Source: Botryllus schlosseri
Taxonomy: Eukaryota
NCBI GenBank assembly: GCA_051294905.1
Contig: CM119372.1
Coordinates: 23,872,001 to 23,936,000, forward strand
Reading direction: 5' to 3'
DNA: 64,000 nt
Part shown: piece after piece, positions 43,301 through 51,859 of the stretch
How positions within the stretch are numbered: position 1 is the first letter of the stretch
Layout: each line of letters opens with the position of its first letter
Translations under genes and position numbers: made by a program
The notes under the pieces: model-generated
Database searches by the model: none
Seen by the model: only the letters and a program-made list of their open reading frames with translations
What the model was told of the DNA's origin: nothing

Positions 43301-46300
43301 CATCACTTTTACCAATGCAATTGTCATACCAACCGGACGAAAGAGCCGCATTTATCCTGGTAACTGGATTGCACCTGGATTGCACCACAATAGCGTGATA
43401 TCAAAGCAATGTTCTAGAACTGGAATAGGTTATCGCTGAATTGGAAATAGTATCTCTTGAAGGCAAAAATCAATCTTTGTGAAATAAGACTCATCAACAG
43501 CATCCTATCATAAATAAAGTTATGATAAGCTTCTTGTGGAACTTATGCGCGATATTGTGAAGCTGAAGTATATCACAGGATAAGACCACGTATTATTGCA
43601 ACATTAAGTCATGCTCTGTAACAGTTGGGGATCCAACACACACACCTATCGGTATATCTATAGCCATATAGCCACTTTGAATTATTCCATACTCGCATTC
43701 ATTCTGCTCTCATTATCTTGTGGATATCAGGTATTGCGGCAACCGTAGGATGTACCACAGTAATCGTACTAACGTTCCGTGCAATGCGGAAGAGGAAGAC
43801 ATTGCGAAGCAGGCAAAGTGTTTCTGGCCATACGACGCTCATAAACATCATGTTATTAAGCTTAGCGGTGTCTGACCTTCTTGTCGGGGTAAGAAGCCGT
43901 TCGTGATTGCTGATTTTTATCCAGTCATTTGTGAATTGTTAATAAGCAGGTCTACACTCTGGTGATATGTATAAAGGCATCTAATCTGGATGTGCGTTAC
44001 TGTCAAGTTGATCGCGAATGGCGTAGTAGCACTACATGCTCTACACTTGGAGTGATAATGGTTATTGGATCAGAGCAATCAGTTTTAACAATGCTTTTGA
44101 TAGCAATTTATAGATTGCGTGCTGTAGTGAGGTGAGCATCATATTTGATCACCATAAAATCTGTTGTGGATCAATTCTACATTTCCGAATAGACTGCAGT
44201 ATACTTGGTATCTTTTGCCTAGGTTTAGAAGGATGTGTCCTCCTTTTTCAGGAAATCGAAAATGCCCTCCGATGACGGCTAAATGTCCTCCTTTTTGTAA
44301 ATTCGTCCTCCTTTATAGTTTTGACAGCCAGGCTAATGGACAGGCTGAAGTAAAAAATGCCATAAATGACGCAAAATATGTAGCCTAATGCGGACGTCCG
44401 AGCGGGTCATTCGGGAGTTAGACTGGAAAAATAACTTGTTTTTAGTTGACATAACATGATTTCCAGTACAAATTTCAGAACCAGCAGTTTTCTAGTCCCC
44501 TGAACTGACTTTTATGATTTGTGAAAAGCGTCATCCTTACCGGATTCCAAGGTATGGTAACTAGACAGCTCCCTTAAAATGCGCAGTGCTGAAACGGTCT
44601 CGGCGCACAGAAAATCTAAGCTGCGCACAAAAAATCTGAAGTGATGACTTTTTTTAGTCGTTGCAAAATGCGCACTGTTCTCCAAGGTATCGCGCAAGCG
44701 CGCAGACTCGTGAAAAATTAGACGGAACATTGCCAAGGACAAATAGTTCTCGCTGAAGTCTGAAACCGAGGTACAAGTGCGGCACGTAATGGTAAATATT
44801 GCGCACTGTGAAGAGATGATAATTTGCAATGACGTGGGCCTCATTTCAATAGCGCAATCTTTTTCTGGGGATGGCGAAATAACATGGTTTAAAAAAGTTA
44901 TCAATAAATAATAATTCGAAGTTAATCTGCGAGAAACTAACGAATAATATTCTCCGCGTGGCATGAACATTGCATAAGATTTACTGTACAATCACATGCC
45001 GTGAATTTTCGAAGTCATCGCTTCCATCAGGCAAATCTGATCACGTATGGTGAGATAGGAGAATATGCAAGTACAAGCACCAATATTATTGAAAAAATCC
45101 ATCCCCTTGCAAACGTTGATCGGGATATGCTTCAGCTGCGCACTGTGGGGCGTTGAATTACATCAGCTTCTCAGCAGCACAAATTTTGATTTTATTCGAT
45201 TTGTTTGAACGGGAATGTTCTGTCGATAAGGTCATACGCTAATATTGTTCTTGCTTCAGTCAGACTTGAATAATCGTATCATTATATATAACTGTATGTC
45301 TTGATAGTAGGTATGCCTACGTCGATCGCATGTATTGATTTGAAGTGCGTTCTCGTGCCAGTCGTGCGACTACTAGTAATCACCAATAGTAGTCACCAAT
45401 CACGATGTACGTACACGGAGTGATTGTGACGTCACATATTGTCCACAAAATTACGATTCGCCGTCTATAGTACTTGCGGTTACACGCGTCCGTTTGTGTC
45501 GCTGCAAGTGTTTTGGCTAGCTGCTTGCCTGTGTGGCCAACGTTGAGTGAATACTCGCTAATTCTGCTTGTCACCGTTTATACTGATCGCTTTTAATAAT
45601 GGCAAAACGAACGGGTAGTTTCTCATGCTCATCCCTTCACCAAGCCAAATTAACAAAGAAGTGCGAGCCGTTTAACATGGAATGGTTGTCGGAGCATGTG
45701 AAAACGGAAGACAAAAGTAGGTACGCCCGAAGACTTTAATTATTATTTAGGGGTCCTATACCTTTTCCAACACACCTGACTTGATCAGCGCTTCCGGTAA
45801 ATCTGATCACGTGAGCAGAGAGAGCATAAAAATTGATTGCAATATGCCGACTCAATCATGAATTATATAAATTTTTCGCGCCTCGTGCGTTCAGGCAACA
45901 CACACACCAAACGGACAACCAATCTAGACGATAAGCAGCGGCAAAAAGCGCATTTTTCTTGGAGGAAGAGTATCCAATCACCAAGATATTTGGAAACGTT
46001 GAATCGCAAAGTCACTGACGGCTTTTTCCAGTGAATTTTACAAATACATCCGTTTTCAATTACCGTCAACTAACTTTTATGATTTGGTAAAAGTGTCCCC
46101 CCTTCCAGATTCCAAAATATGGTAGCCCTAGTCGACACCGATAGTTGATGACTGGAAGTTTACTCGTAATTTTGCTCCGCTTCGCGAATCAATCCATATT
46201 TCTGAAACGTTTAGTCAAGTTGAGTCACACGAAAAAGTTGACTCGAGTCTGACTCTAATTATCTCAAAACTGCATTACACGTCATGTGTTGTTTTCTTTA

Positions 46301-49300
46301 CCAGAAGTTATTATTATTGATATAATTAATATCATATTTATAGGCATTTTTATATACTTTATTCACAGTAAAACTGGTAAATACACACATAATCCGGGGA
46401 GCAACCTGTCCCAAAGGAACATGGAGAGATTGGAGTAATTTCTTAAAATTTCAGTGATACAGTCAATTTGTTATTCCTATGCATGAAGAGCTCAGATTAC
46501 AGAATTCCGGTAGATGAAGAATTGGCAAGTGTTGTAGAGCAAAGGTAAAGATAATTGAAAATGAAGAATCAAAATTACAGAAATTATGCTGTGATTTATG
46601 CGCACAAGTGTAATTTTAGTCCAGTGGTGCATCAAGGCCTTCCGAAGAATATGCACTGTGCCCAATAACGTGATTTCTTCGATCATGTCGAATCGAACGT
46701 TACCCGGAATCTGTTGGATATGTCTCATGAGTTTTTTGGTTACGACCGCTGTAGCGTCAATGACTATCGGTACAATGTTTACTTTGCATCGCCACATTTT
46801 CTCACTTTCCATTTTGAGGTCTGCGTATTTCGATTGTTTTTCTGATTCCTGTTGTAGCATGATTTGAACAGCTGGGACGGCCAGTTCAATGAATAAGCAT
46901 TCCCTTTTCGTTTCAGTTTGATTATCATATCTGGGCGGTTGCTCCTGATTTCGCGGTCAGTTATAACTGGTACATCCCAAAAAATTTTTACTCGGTCGTT
47001 TTCTGTCACTGGTGCTGGGCTGTATTCATACCAATTTTTTGTCGAAGTTGTTATGTCAAAATGTTTGCATAATTCAAAAATGTAGTGACCAATCCTATTG
47101 TGTCTCCATGTGTATTTGGTAGCTGTATTATTAATAATAGAGATAAAAACAGTGAATTGAGTGGCGCTCATCAAGTAAGTGTATTTTCATGGTACGTTAC
47201 GTACGCACGCAAACCGGCGCCTAGAATGTTGTTGCATCGGGAGTAGCCTATCGCTGTGACTTTCTGTGAATAATCTAATCTTTTCCACCCTAACAGACCA
47301 TTTGCTCGTCCCGAACTACGCCGTGCGATAGTAGCAATTCTGGGGGCATGGGTGATTTCGATATTGCTTGCAGTTATTCCTGTGATTCCGAGTATGGAAG
47401 ATACTTTCAAGTCCAGTGTAGGGTAAGTATCACGGAGTTCATGTAACTCCATTCCATTATTTTTTTATTTTTTAAATATGACAACAGTTTGGATTCAAGA
47501 TACCGTGAGATTTTGTAATCTCTGTCATTCAAGTGTATATGTTCAACCTCGACGCACGTTAGTCTGAATTCAATCATGTCTTGATCAAAGTCTCTGCTGA
47601 AATGTTGGGCTTTAAAATAACTAATTGTTATATCCAGTTTCAGTGCGAACGATATCTTCAAGGTGGTAGCAATTAAAGAAGTTCCATATACGATCAACTG
47701 GCTTAATCTGATGCACAATGCCACATCTCGCACGGAACACTACGGGTAACGCATATATTTTATATGGGACTGTAACAGCATCAATATAGTAATCGGAGGC
47801 GTTTCTCAATACAGAACGACGAACTGGAAATATCTGAAGAACCTTATTTCCGAGATGAATCCTAACATCACCGTAATTTACGAATTTGGATATTATGCAA
47901 GTCATTCTGTGTGTCTTCCAGCATTTTTCCCTGAGCCTAAAGAGAGCAAAGCTTGGGGATATTCGACTGGGATTCTACTCATCAATTTCTTTGCATTTGT
48001 TTGCATGCTTGCCATCTACGTACTGTTGTACAGGTATTGTGAACTTTGTATCGTACTGTCGTCTAGGTACATTGTACATTGTACAATGTACATGTGCATA
48101 AGCTGCGACATATTTTTTCAATAAATCATAATATCTTTGAGTAGTAAATGTAATAGTGATACTAAAGTTGGAGAATCGATATCTAGCAGTATTTGGATCA
48201 AGTCATTATACCTTTCAGTCGTAATACGTCACTTCGAGTGAATGGGGAATCTAATCAAGTCATGTCAAAATTTATCTTCAGAATGCTTTGCAAAGGTCGA
48301 CTTGAAAATTGACTTCCATCCAATGTTTCCTCTAATTTTTGACGAGTGTGCGCACACTCATCTACTTACTGCGCAGACCCATGGACAACAGTGCGTAACG
48401 ACTAAAAAATGTCATCACTTCGAATTTTTTGTGCGCAACTTAGATTTTCTGCACGCAGAGACCGTGTCAGCACTGCGCGTTTGCGCACGTGCGCAGCTTA
48501 AAGGGAACATTGCTCCCATCAATCAATTCATGTTTCTCGAGTCTTTGTCATGCCAAGGCAATATAGCGTAGGCCAAATGATTTTGAGTAAAGTTAAGTCT
48601 TGCCATGACTCGGGTCATCCCAATATGGTATTTAGTGAAGATAAATTGGTATTATCCGACCCTAATGGATTTTGTATTGTATTGTGGACCACATCAAGGT
48701 GGCTGCATGGATATGAACTCACTACTTTATATACCTGACAAAACATAGTTTGTAAATGTTACACTTTGAGGCAGGGGTACACCGATGTCCGGTGACTGGC
48801 AAGACATTGAATATTTAAACGAATCATGAATTCGGAGAGACACTCTGCCATGTCTCTGCCGATATCACAGATTTTGCGGTATCGTATGTTTGCTCAGTAT
48901 CAAATTGGAAGATTTATGTATATCAGTTAGTATATTTGTGTTCTAACGCCGTATAAAAGTTCTAGTTTACAGGGAACAATACACAACCCAAAGCGTGATA
49001 ATGACTCGTTCAGCCATGTTGACTATTTCTCTTTGTGTCCAATCCTCAGCTAAGTTGTAATTCACATATAGACATGCTACGAAGAATAAAGGGAAACTCG
49101 TACGGATGTGTTCGGAAGAAAAGAAAATCACCAAACATAACGAGAATTTGCAACGCAAACTAACAAGGATACTTATCTCTGACTTCCTTTGCTGGATGCC
49201 GATATGCATTATGGGATTGTTGAATCTTTCCGGTGGGTTTTCGATATCAAATGAGACTAATTTATATTACTATCGGTTTCACCTCGGTCGACTCGCTTCC

Positions 49301-49809
49301 ATCTGGTCTCATGCAGAGATGAGTTCTGCTTCTCAGTATGTTTAACATTTCACTCCGACTGGGAGTTTGATTGTCTTCTGTGTGTGTAATATTATTTCTA
49401 CTTTAGCCTGGTTAACGATTGACTCTCGTCCCTCTCAAAATCTCGTCGATTGATGGATACTGTATAAGTTACCTTACTGTGTGTAGGCCGAACCAGACTT
49501 GATGACTAACGAGTACGTTTGGTGCAACGTTGCCCATAGGTATTATTGACATATATGTGTACATAATATCATGTCTGTTTCATTCCAGGCGTGCGTATCC
49601 CAAAAGACGCTTATCTGCCATCCGGACTACTAATAGTCCCCATAAACAGTGCTCTCAACCCGTTGCTGTACTCCGATCTACCCGAAATCATCTGTGGAAG
49701 GATGAAAATTATCAAATCATCGATATCGTCATCGATAAGCACGACGCAATCAAAACATATCTCTCTGCATGATAAAACCACCTCGCCAGATTCAAATGTA
49801 TTAATGTAG
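13209..49809 (+). CDS. Multi-exon gene: vWA domain + six LDLa modules + rhodopsin-class 7TM (RXFP/GRL101-like, no LRR seen). The 5' end is unresolved, with candidate upstream exons at 7-105 and 7066-7221
   Basis: Phase-compatible GT-AG exon chain: 13209-13360, 13964-14063, 17420-17574, 17836-17995, (28694-28773, 29098-29185), 30540-30701, 30759-30852, 31706-31755, 36311-36382, 36449-36572, 37608-37715, 37810-37873, 37954-38040, 42888-43017, 43731-43888, 43950-44131, 47297-47422, 47638-47745, 47815-48033, 49072-49232, 49589-49809 (TAG). Motifs: LDGSSS, ITDG, CDGxxDCxxxSDE, LAVSD, SDFLCWMP, PINSALNPLLY. Joining the vWA part to the LDLa-7TM part is inferred from strand, phase and absence of a stop. 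Confidence 0.75.
13964..14063 (+). CDS. vWA exon 2 (IQFSSTVQLEVDMHHANKETMKITIRNIQKLNEG)
   Basis: ttatag acceptor, GTATGT donor, typical vWA IQFSS strand, phase 0/1. Confidence 0.88.
15550..16035. mobile_element. hAT MITE (TIR CAGGGTTGTAAT) with GAGTC subterminal repeats
   Basis: TSD ATAGTGAC. Confidence 0.9.
16284..16874. mobile_element. hAT MITE, same family as 15550-16035
   Basis: TIR CAGGGTTGTAA and TSD GGGCCTGG. Confidence 0.9.
17420..17574 (+). CDS. vWA exon 3 (GTNTGAALDF...GAR...KVLVVITDG)
   Basis: MIDAS Thr and ITDG Asp motifs, GTAAAT donor, phase 1/0. Confidence 0.9.
17836..17995 (+). CDS. vWA exon 4 (SLGVEVFVIAIG...LASKP...HV...KKLC)
   Basis: vWA C-terminal pattern, GTAAGA donor, phase 0/1, no stop. 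Confidence 0.9.
19032..20478. mobile_element. Old non-autonomous hAT element
   Basis: Degenerate termini CAGAGGTCTCAAAC...GTTTGCGACTTCTG with GCGGGCC subterminal motifs. Confidence 0.6.
21813..23023. mobile_element. Non-autonomous hAT element containing the MITE at 22163-22517
   Basis: Outer TSD CTGTACAT and inner TSD GTCTAGAT. Confidence 0.85.
23862..24982 (+). mobile_element. 5'-truncated RTE-clade LINE (reverse transcriptase pseudogene)
   Basis: GVLQGDTLAPFLF and LAYADD motifs. One in-frame TAA at 24723, then the frame continues (AHDRPRW) to 24905. (TA)n tail. Confidence 0.9.
25888..26250 (-). mobile_element. tRNA-derived SINE, copy 2
   Basis: Same head and body as 9812-10140. Inserted next to the hAT transposase remnant. 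Confidence 0.8.
27161..27865. repeat. Diverged tandem duplication (~390-bp period) in a probable DNA-transposon terminus
   Basis: ACAGCACTTCGTCAGCCCCCC at about 27171 and 27559, followed by similar sequence. Confidence 0.6.
28694..28773 (+). CDS. Probable linker exon (EIHRIRSATKRVVKEYAIAHTDICDIE)
   Basis: Strong ttttcttcag acceptor and GTAACT donor. Only the phase-1 frame, which is the one required, is open. Confidence 0.5.
29098..29185 (+). CDS. Possible linker exon (MHIGRMLTLLNPQELCNESCDSLFLMSDD)
   Basis: Phase 0/1 bridges 28773 to 30540. An alternative boundary (29108-29143) is also possible. Confidence 0.3.
30540..30701 (+). CDS. LDLa module 1 exon (FQC...SICDGAFNCPDLSDECLC)
   Basis: tttcag acceptor, GTAAAA donor, LDLa consensus. 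Confidence 0.9.
30759..30852 (+). CDS. LDLa module 2, first exon (YCLSANGTYTAIDAAIICQNE)
   Basis: Preceded by a 57-nt intron, phase 1/2. Confidence 0.8.
31706..31755 (+). CDS. LDLa module 2, second exon (TDCINNEDAASYKSGC)
   Basis: ttacag acceptor and GTAAGC donor. Completes the ICQNETDCINNED module. Confidence 0.8.
32060..35106 (+). mobile_element. ~3 kb non-autonomous hAT element with (GGAGTC)n subterminal repeats, copy A
   Basis: TIR CAGGGCTGTGGAGTCGG and TSD CTTGCAGA. Confidence 0.92.
33575..34553. mobile_element. hAT MITE nested in copy A (GACTT/GAGTC repeats)
   Basis: TIR CAGTGTTGGGAT and TSD TAATCAGG. The site is empty in copy B (about 39485). Confidence 0.92.
36311..36382 (+). CDS. 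LDLa module 3, first exon (STSTNDLPTKSKDFICFNGTSTI)
   Basis: ttttcag acceptor, GTAAAA donor, phase 1/1. Confidence 0.8.
36449..36572 (+). CDS. LDLa module 3, second exon (ATACDGIPECSNILSEECEC...)
   Basis: ttgcag acceptor, GTGACT donor, CDG motif. Confidence 0.85.
37608..37715 (+). CDS. LDLa module 4 exon (EMCDGLQFCENFADERGC)
   Basis: cttgtag acceptor, GTAAGA donor, phase 2/2. Confidence 0.88.
37810..37873 (+). CDS. LDLa module 5, first exon (FYCSEDPLPNIPSHYRCNRRD)
   Basis: ttttcag acceptor, GTACGT donor, phase 2/0. Confidence 0.85.
37954..38040 (+). CDS. LDLa module 5/6 exon (DCQNKADERNCSLFRCNDTGLLEYIHEDA)
   Basis: tttag acceptor, GTGAGA donor, DCxxxxDExxC motif. Confidence 0.88.
38385..38804. 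mobile_element. Truncated copy of the element at 40718-41710
   Basis: Similar to 41232-41710 including the right terminus. Confidence 0.7.
38935..41997 (-). mobile_element. ~3 kb non-autonomous hAT element, copy B, inverted relative to copy A
   Basis: Same TIR as copy A, TSD GTTCTGAA. Confidence 0.92.
40718..41710. mobile_element. hAT MITE nested in copy B (GTTCAC repeats)
   Basis: TIR TAGGGATGGTGTGAAC and TSD GTTATTAA. The site is empty in copy A (about 32330). Confidence 0.92.
42272..42602 (-). mobile_element. tRNA-derived SINE, copy 3
   Basis: Same head (GGAGATAGCGTAGTGG ... GGCTCGATTC) and body as the other two copies. Confidence 0.8.
42888..43017 (+). CDS. End of LDLa module 6, hinge and start of TM1 (VCDGIQDCKSGSDECQRGC...IFAIAWII)
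   Basis: tacag acceptor and GTGAGT donor. The LDLa module runs directly into TM1. Confidence 0.92.
43731..43888 (+). CDS. TM1-TM2 exon (IAATVGCTTVIV...SLAVSDLLVG)
   Basis: LAxxD motif of TM2, GTAAGA donor. Confidence 0.92.
43950..44131 (+). CDS. TM2-TM3 exon (VYTLVI...WRSSTTCSTLG...SEQSVLTMLLIAIYRL)
   Basis: LGR/RXFP-type WxxSxxC and SExSV motifs, GTGAGC donor. Confidence 0.92.
46620..47130 (-). mobile_element. 3' fragment of an R4-like non-LTR retrotransposon (restriction-like endonuclease domain), frameshifted
   Basis: YTWRHN, KIFWD, NRPDM, EKQSKYADL, VPIVI and LLGTVHILRKAL motifs across two frames. Confidence 0.85.
47297..47422 (+). CDS. TM4 exon (PFARPELRRAIVAILGAWVISILLAVIP)
   Basis: taacag acceptor, GTAAGT donor, conserved TM4 Trp and Pro. 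Confidence 0.92.
47638..47745 (+). CDS. Extracellular loop 2 exon (FSANDIFKVV...TEHYG)
   Basis: tccag acceptor, GTAACG donor, symmetric phase 2/2. Confidence 0.7.
47815..48033 (+). CDS. ECL2-TM5 exon (FGYYASHSVCLPAFF...ILLINFFAFVCMLAIY)
   Basis: YxxxSVCLP motif, hydrophobic TM5, GTATTG donor. Confidence 0.92.
49072..49232 (+). CDS. ICL3-TM6 exon (ILISDFLCWMPICIMG)
   Basis: LGR-type DFLCWxP motif, phase 2/1. Confidence 0.93.
49589..49809 (+). CDS. Terminal exon: TM7 (PINSALNPLLY) and Ser/Thr-rich tail
   Basis: ttccag acceptor, NPxxY motif, TAG stop at 49807-49809. Confidence 0.93.
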
Positions 49810-50959
49810 GGTAGGCTATATTAGGCCTATATCTCATCCACGTACCGTGGTTGGCAATTTCGGTTTGCGCAAATTGACAAGCTTTCAGAAAATTATTATA
49901 AGTCGTATAAACAAGCAGAACCATCGCATTACCGCGTGAAAATATATTGATATTTCGGAACAACTTTTCTTCTCTTGTAAGTCTACCGTGAGCGTTTTAT
50001 GATCTATGGTGCAGTGCTCTCTGTTAATCACTTTGGTGCATGTCGTTTTTCTTGAAGTCTCATCAGGATTGTCGGCATAGCCAAAATATATTGAAATCGC
50101 TCAAACGTGGGCCTACTATAAAAACCGTCATCCGTGAGACGCACACGATACCAACTTCATATTTCTTTATGGAGCGCATCACTTTCCTATGCGTTTCGGA
50201 TTTGTAAGGTGGGGATCAGATTGCAAGGACACATTATATTAAAACCAAAAATTCCAAGTCGCCCTGAAGAAATTTTTTAAGTCGAATTAAAATCTCTCAA
50301 AGATTTTAGAACAAATTAAAATTGCATATTGACGGCCGCCAACACGCGCTAATATAAATATATGTAGACGGGCGTATAATTATAATTGCGGTTTACGGCG
50401 GCATGCGGCCGCACGTTCGTACTCCACATGTTGACCAATGACCACCCTGGCCTAATCGGAATAAGAATGAGCAAGGCTGCAGCGTATAGGACAGTGGTTC
50501 TTAAAGTATGGGTCGCGACCCAAACATAGGTCGCGAAGGGTATAATTTTGGGTCGCGACGGTACCAGAATGGTCCTTTAATATGTATGTAATATTATATG
50601 AGGTCATTGCAACAACGAAAATATCTTCGCTTTTCGCGCGATTTACTGTAGTTGGTTTGAGCATATCAGTAGTTAGGTAAATGGGCACGACGTGCCAAAA
50701 CACGATTTATAATAAACAAACAAAGATTATCAATATAATAATTAATGAAAGAATTAGCTCATTCTCAATTTTGCAGCAATACTTTTATGACCCTGTGTGC
50801 GGCAATAAAAAAAGGGGGAATAATTAACGATAGAGAGAAAACAAACAAAGAATCTGGATTGACCTTTGTACACAGACATGAGACTTGGGTCATTCTACTT
50901 GTACTTTTCCACTCCTGATTTTACCTCGCTTGACCTCTGGACACGAGACTTGTATATTT

Positions 50960-51365
50960 AGTATTTTTTTAATGAGTCTTGATAATAGCTACCTGTCCTG
51001 ACCTATCGGTCCGCGGTCAATCCTAGGACGAGTCTTGGGAATAATTGCCCGCCAAACCCCCTGGATGACTTGTCGCTCCGCGTTTGATTCAATTTCGTGT
51101 ACGGGGGGGGTCATAGGAATAATTGCCGGTCGTGACGTCAGTATAGTTTTCTTCTGATCCATGAGATCCTGGACGGGGCTTGATAATAGTTGCCTGCCCT
51201 GACCCGTCGTCTCGTGGTCCAATTTCGTGGCTTGGGAGCAATAACCCGTCAAACTGGTTGACTCGTCGTTCCGCGGTTGATTCAATTTCGTGTACGATGG
51301 GTCATAGGAATAATTGCCGGTCGTGACGTCAGTATAGTTTTCTCCTGATCAGTGAGATCCTGGTG
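50960..51365 (-). repeat. Diverged tandem repeat (~195-bp period) with recurring GGCAATTATTCC-type motifs
   Basis: 51084-51172 is nearly identical to 51277-51363. Confidence 0.7.
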
Positions 51366-51859
51366 CGTGTTTTAGGTGTCTATACGTTCGGCTGTGCATA
51401 GTGACGCGTGTAGTCTGTTCCATACTGCCGTACTTGCTCTTGCTTTGTTGTCGACTTAAATAGTAAGGAGAATTGATCTGCTCTGGTTATAAATATGTGT
51501 GTTATTTTGAGTCATATCGAGAACCAGAATGTCGTGTATTAGAAATAGGTATTAGGCGCCCCCGACATAGATTAACTTGAATAAAGTACCATTTAGAATA
51601 TAATAAGTAATTAAAGAAATAGCTCATTCTCAATTTGACTCGCATCAACGTGTTAATTTCCGATATTGTAGTAATTGGTGCAAGCAAAAACTGCTGTTCC
51701 ACACCTTTACCGCTTTCTAGCGTATTAGGACAGACAGTCCCAACCAAACAATGTGATGGGTTCTTCTACTGCTTCACGTCTGGTCAAGCGTAATCATGCC
51801 GGTGTCTGTAAATGATATACAATTTACCTCGGTATATTATTTTTGTATGCTGTACATGA

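Noticed and set aside
51729..51782. QCDGFFYC, an LDLa-like snippet downstream of the gene
   Set aside because: It is very short, has a weak donor and lacks the acidic DE motif.
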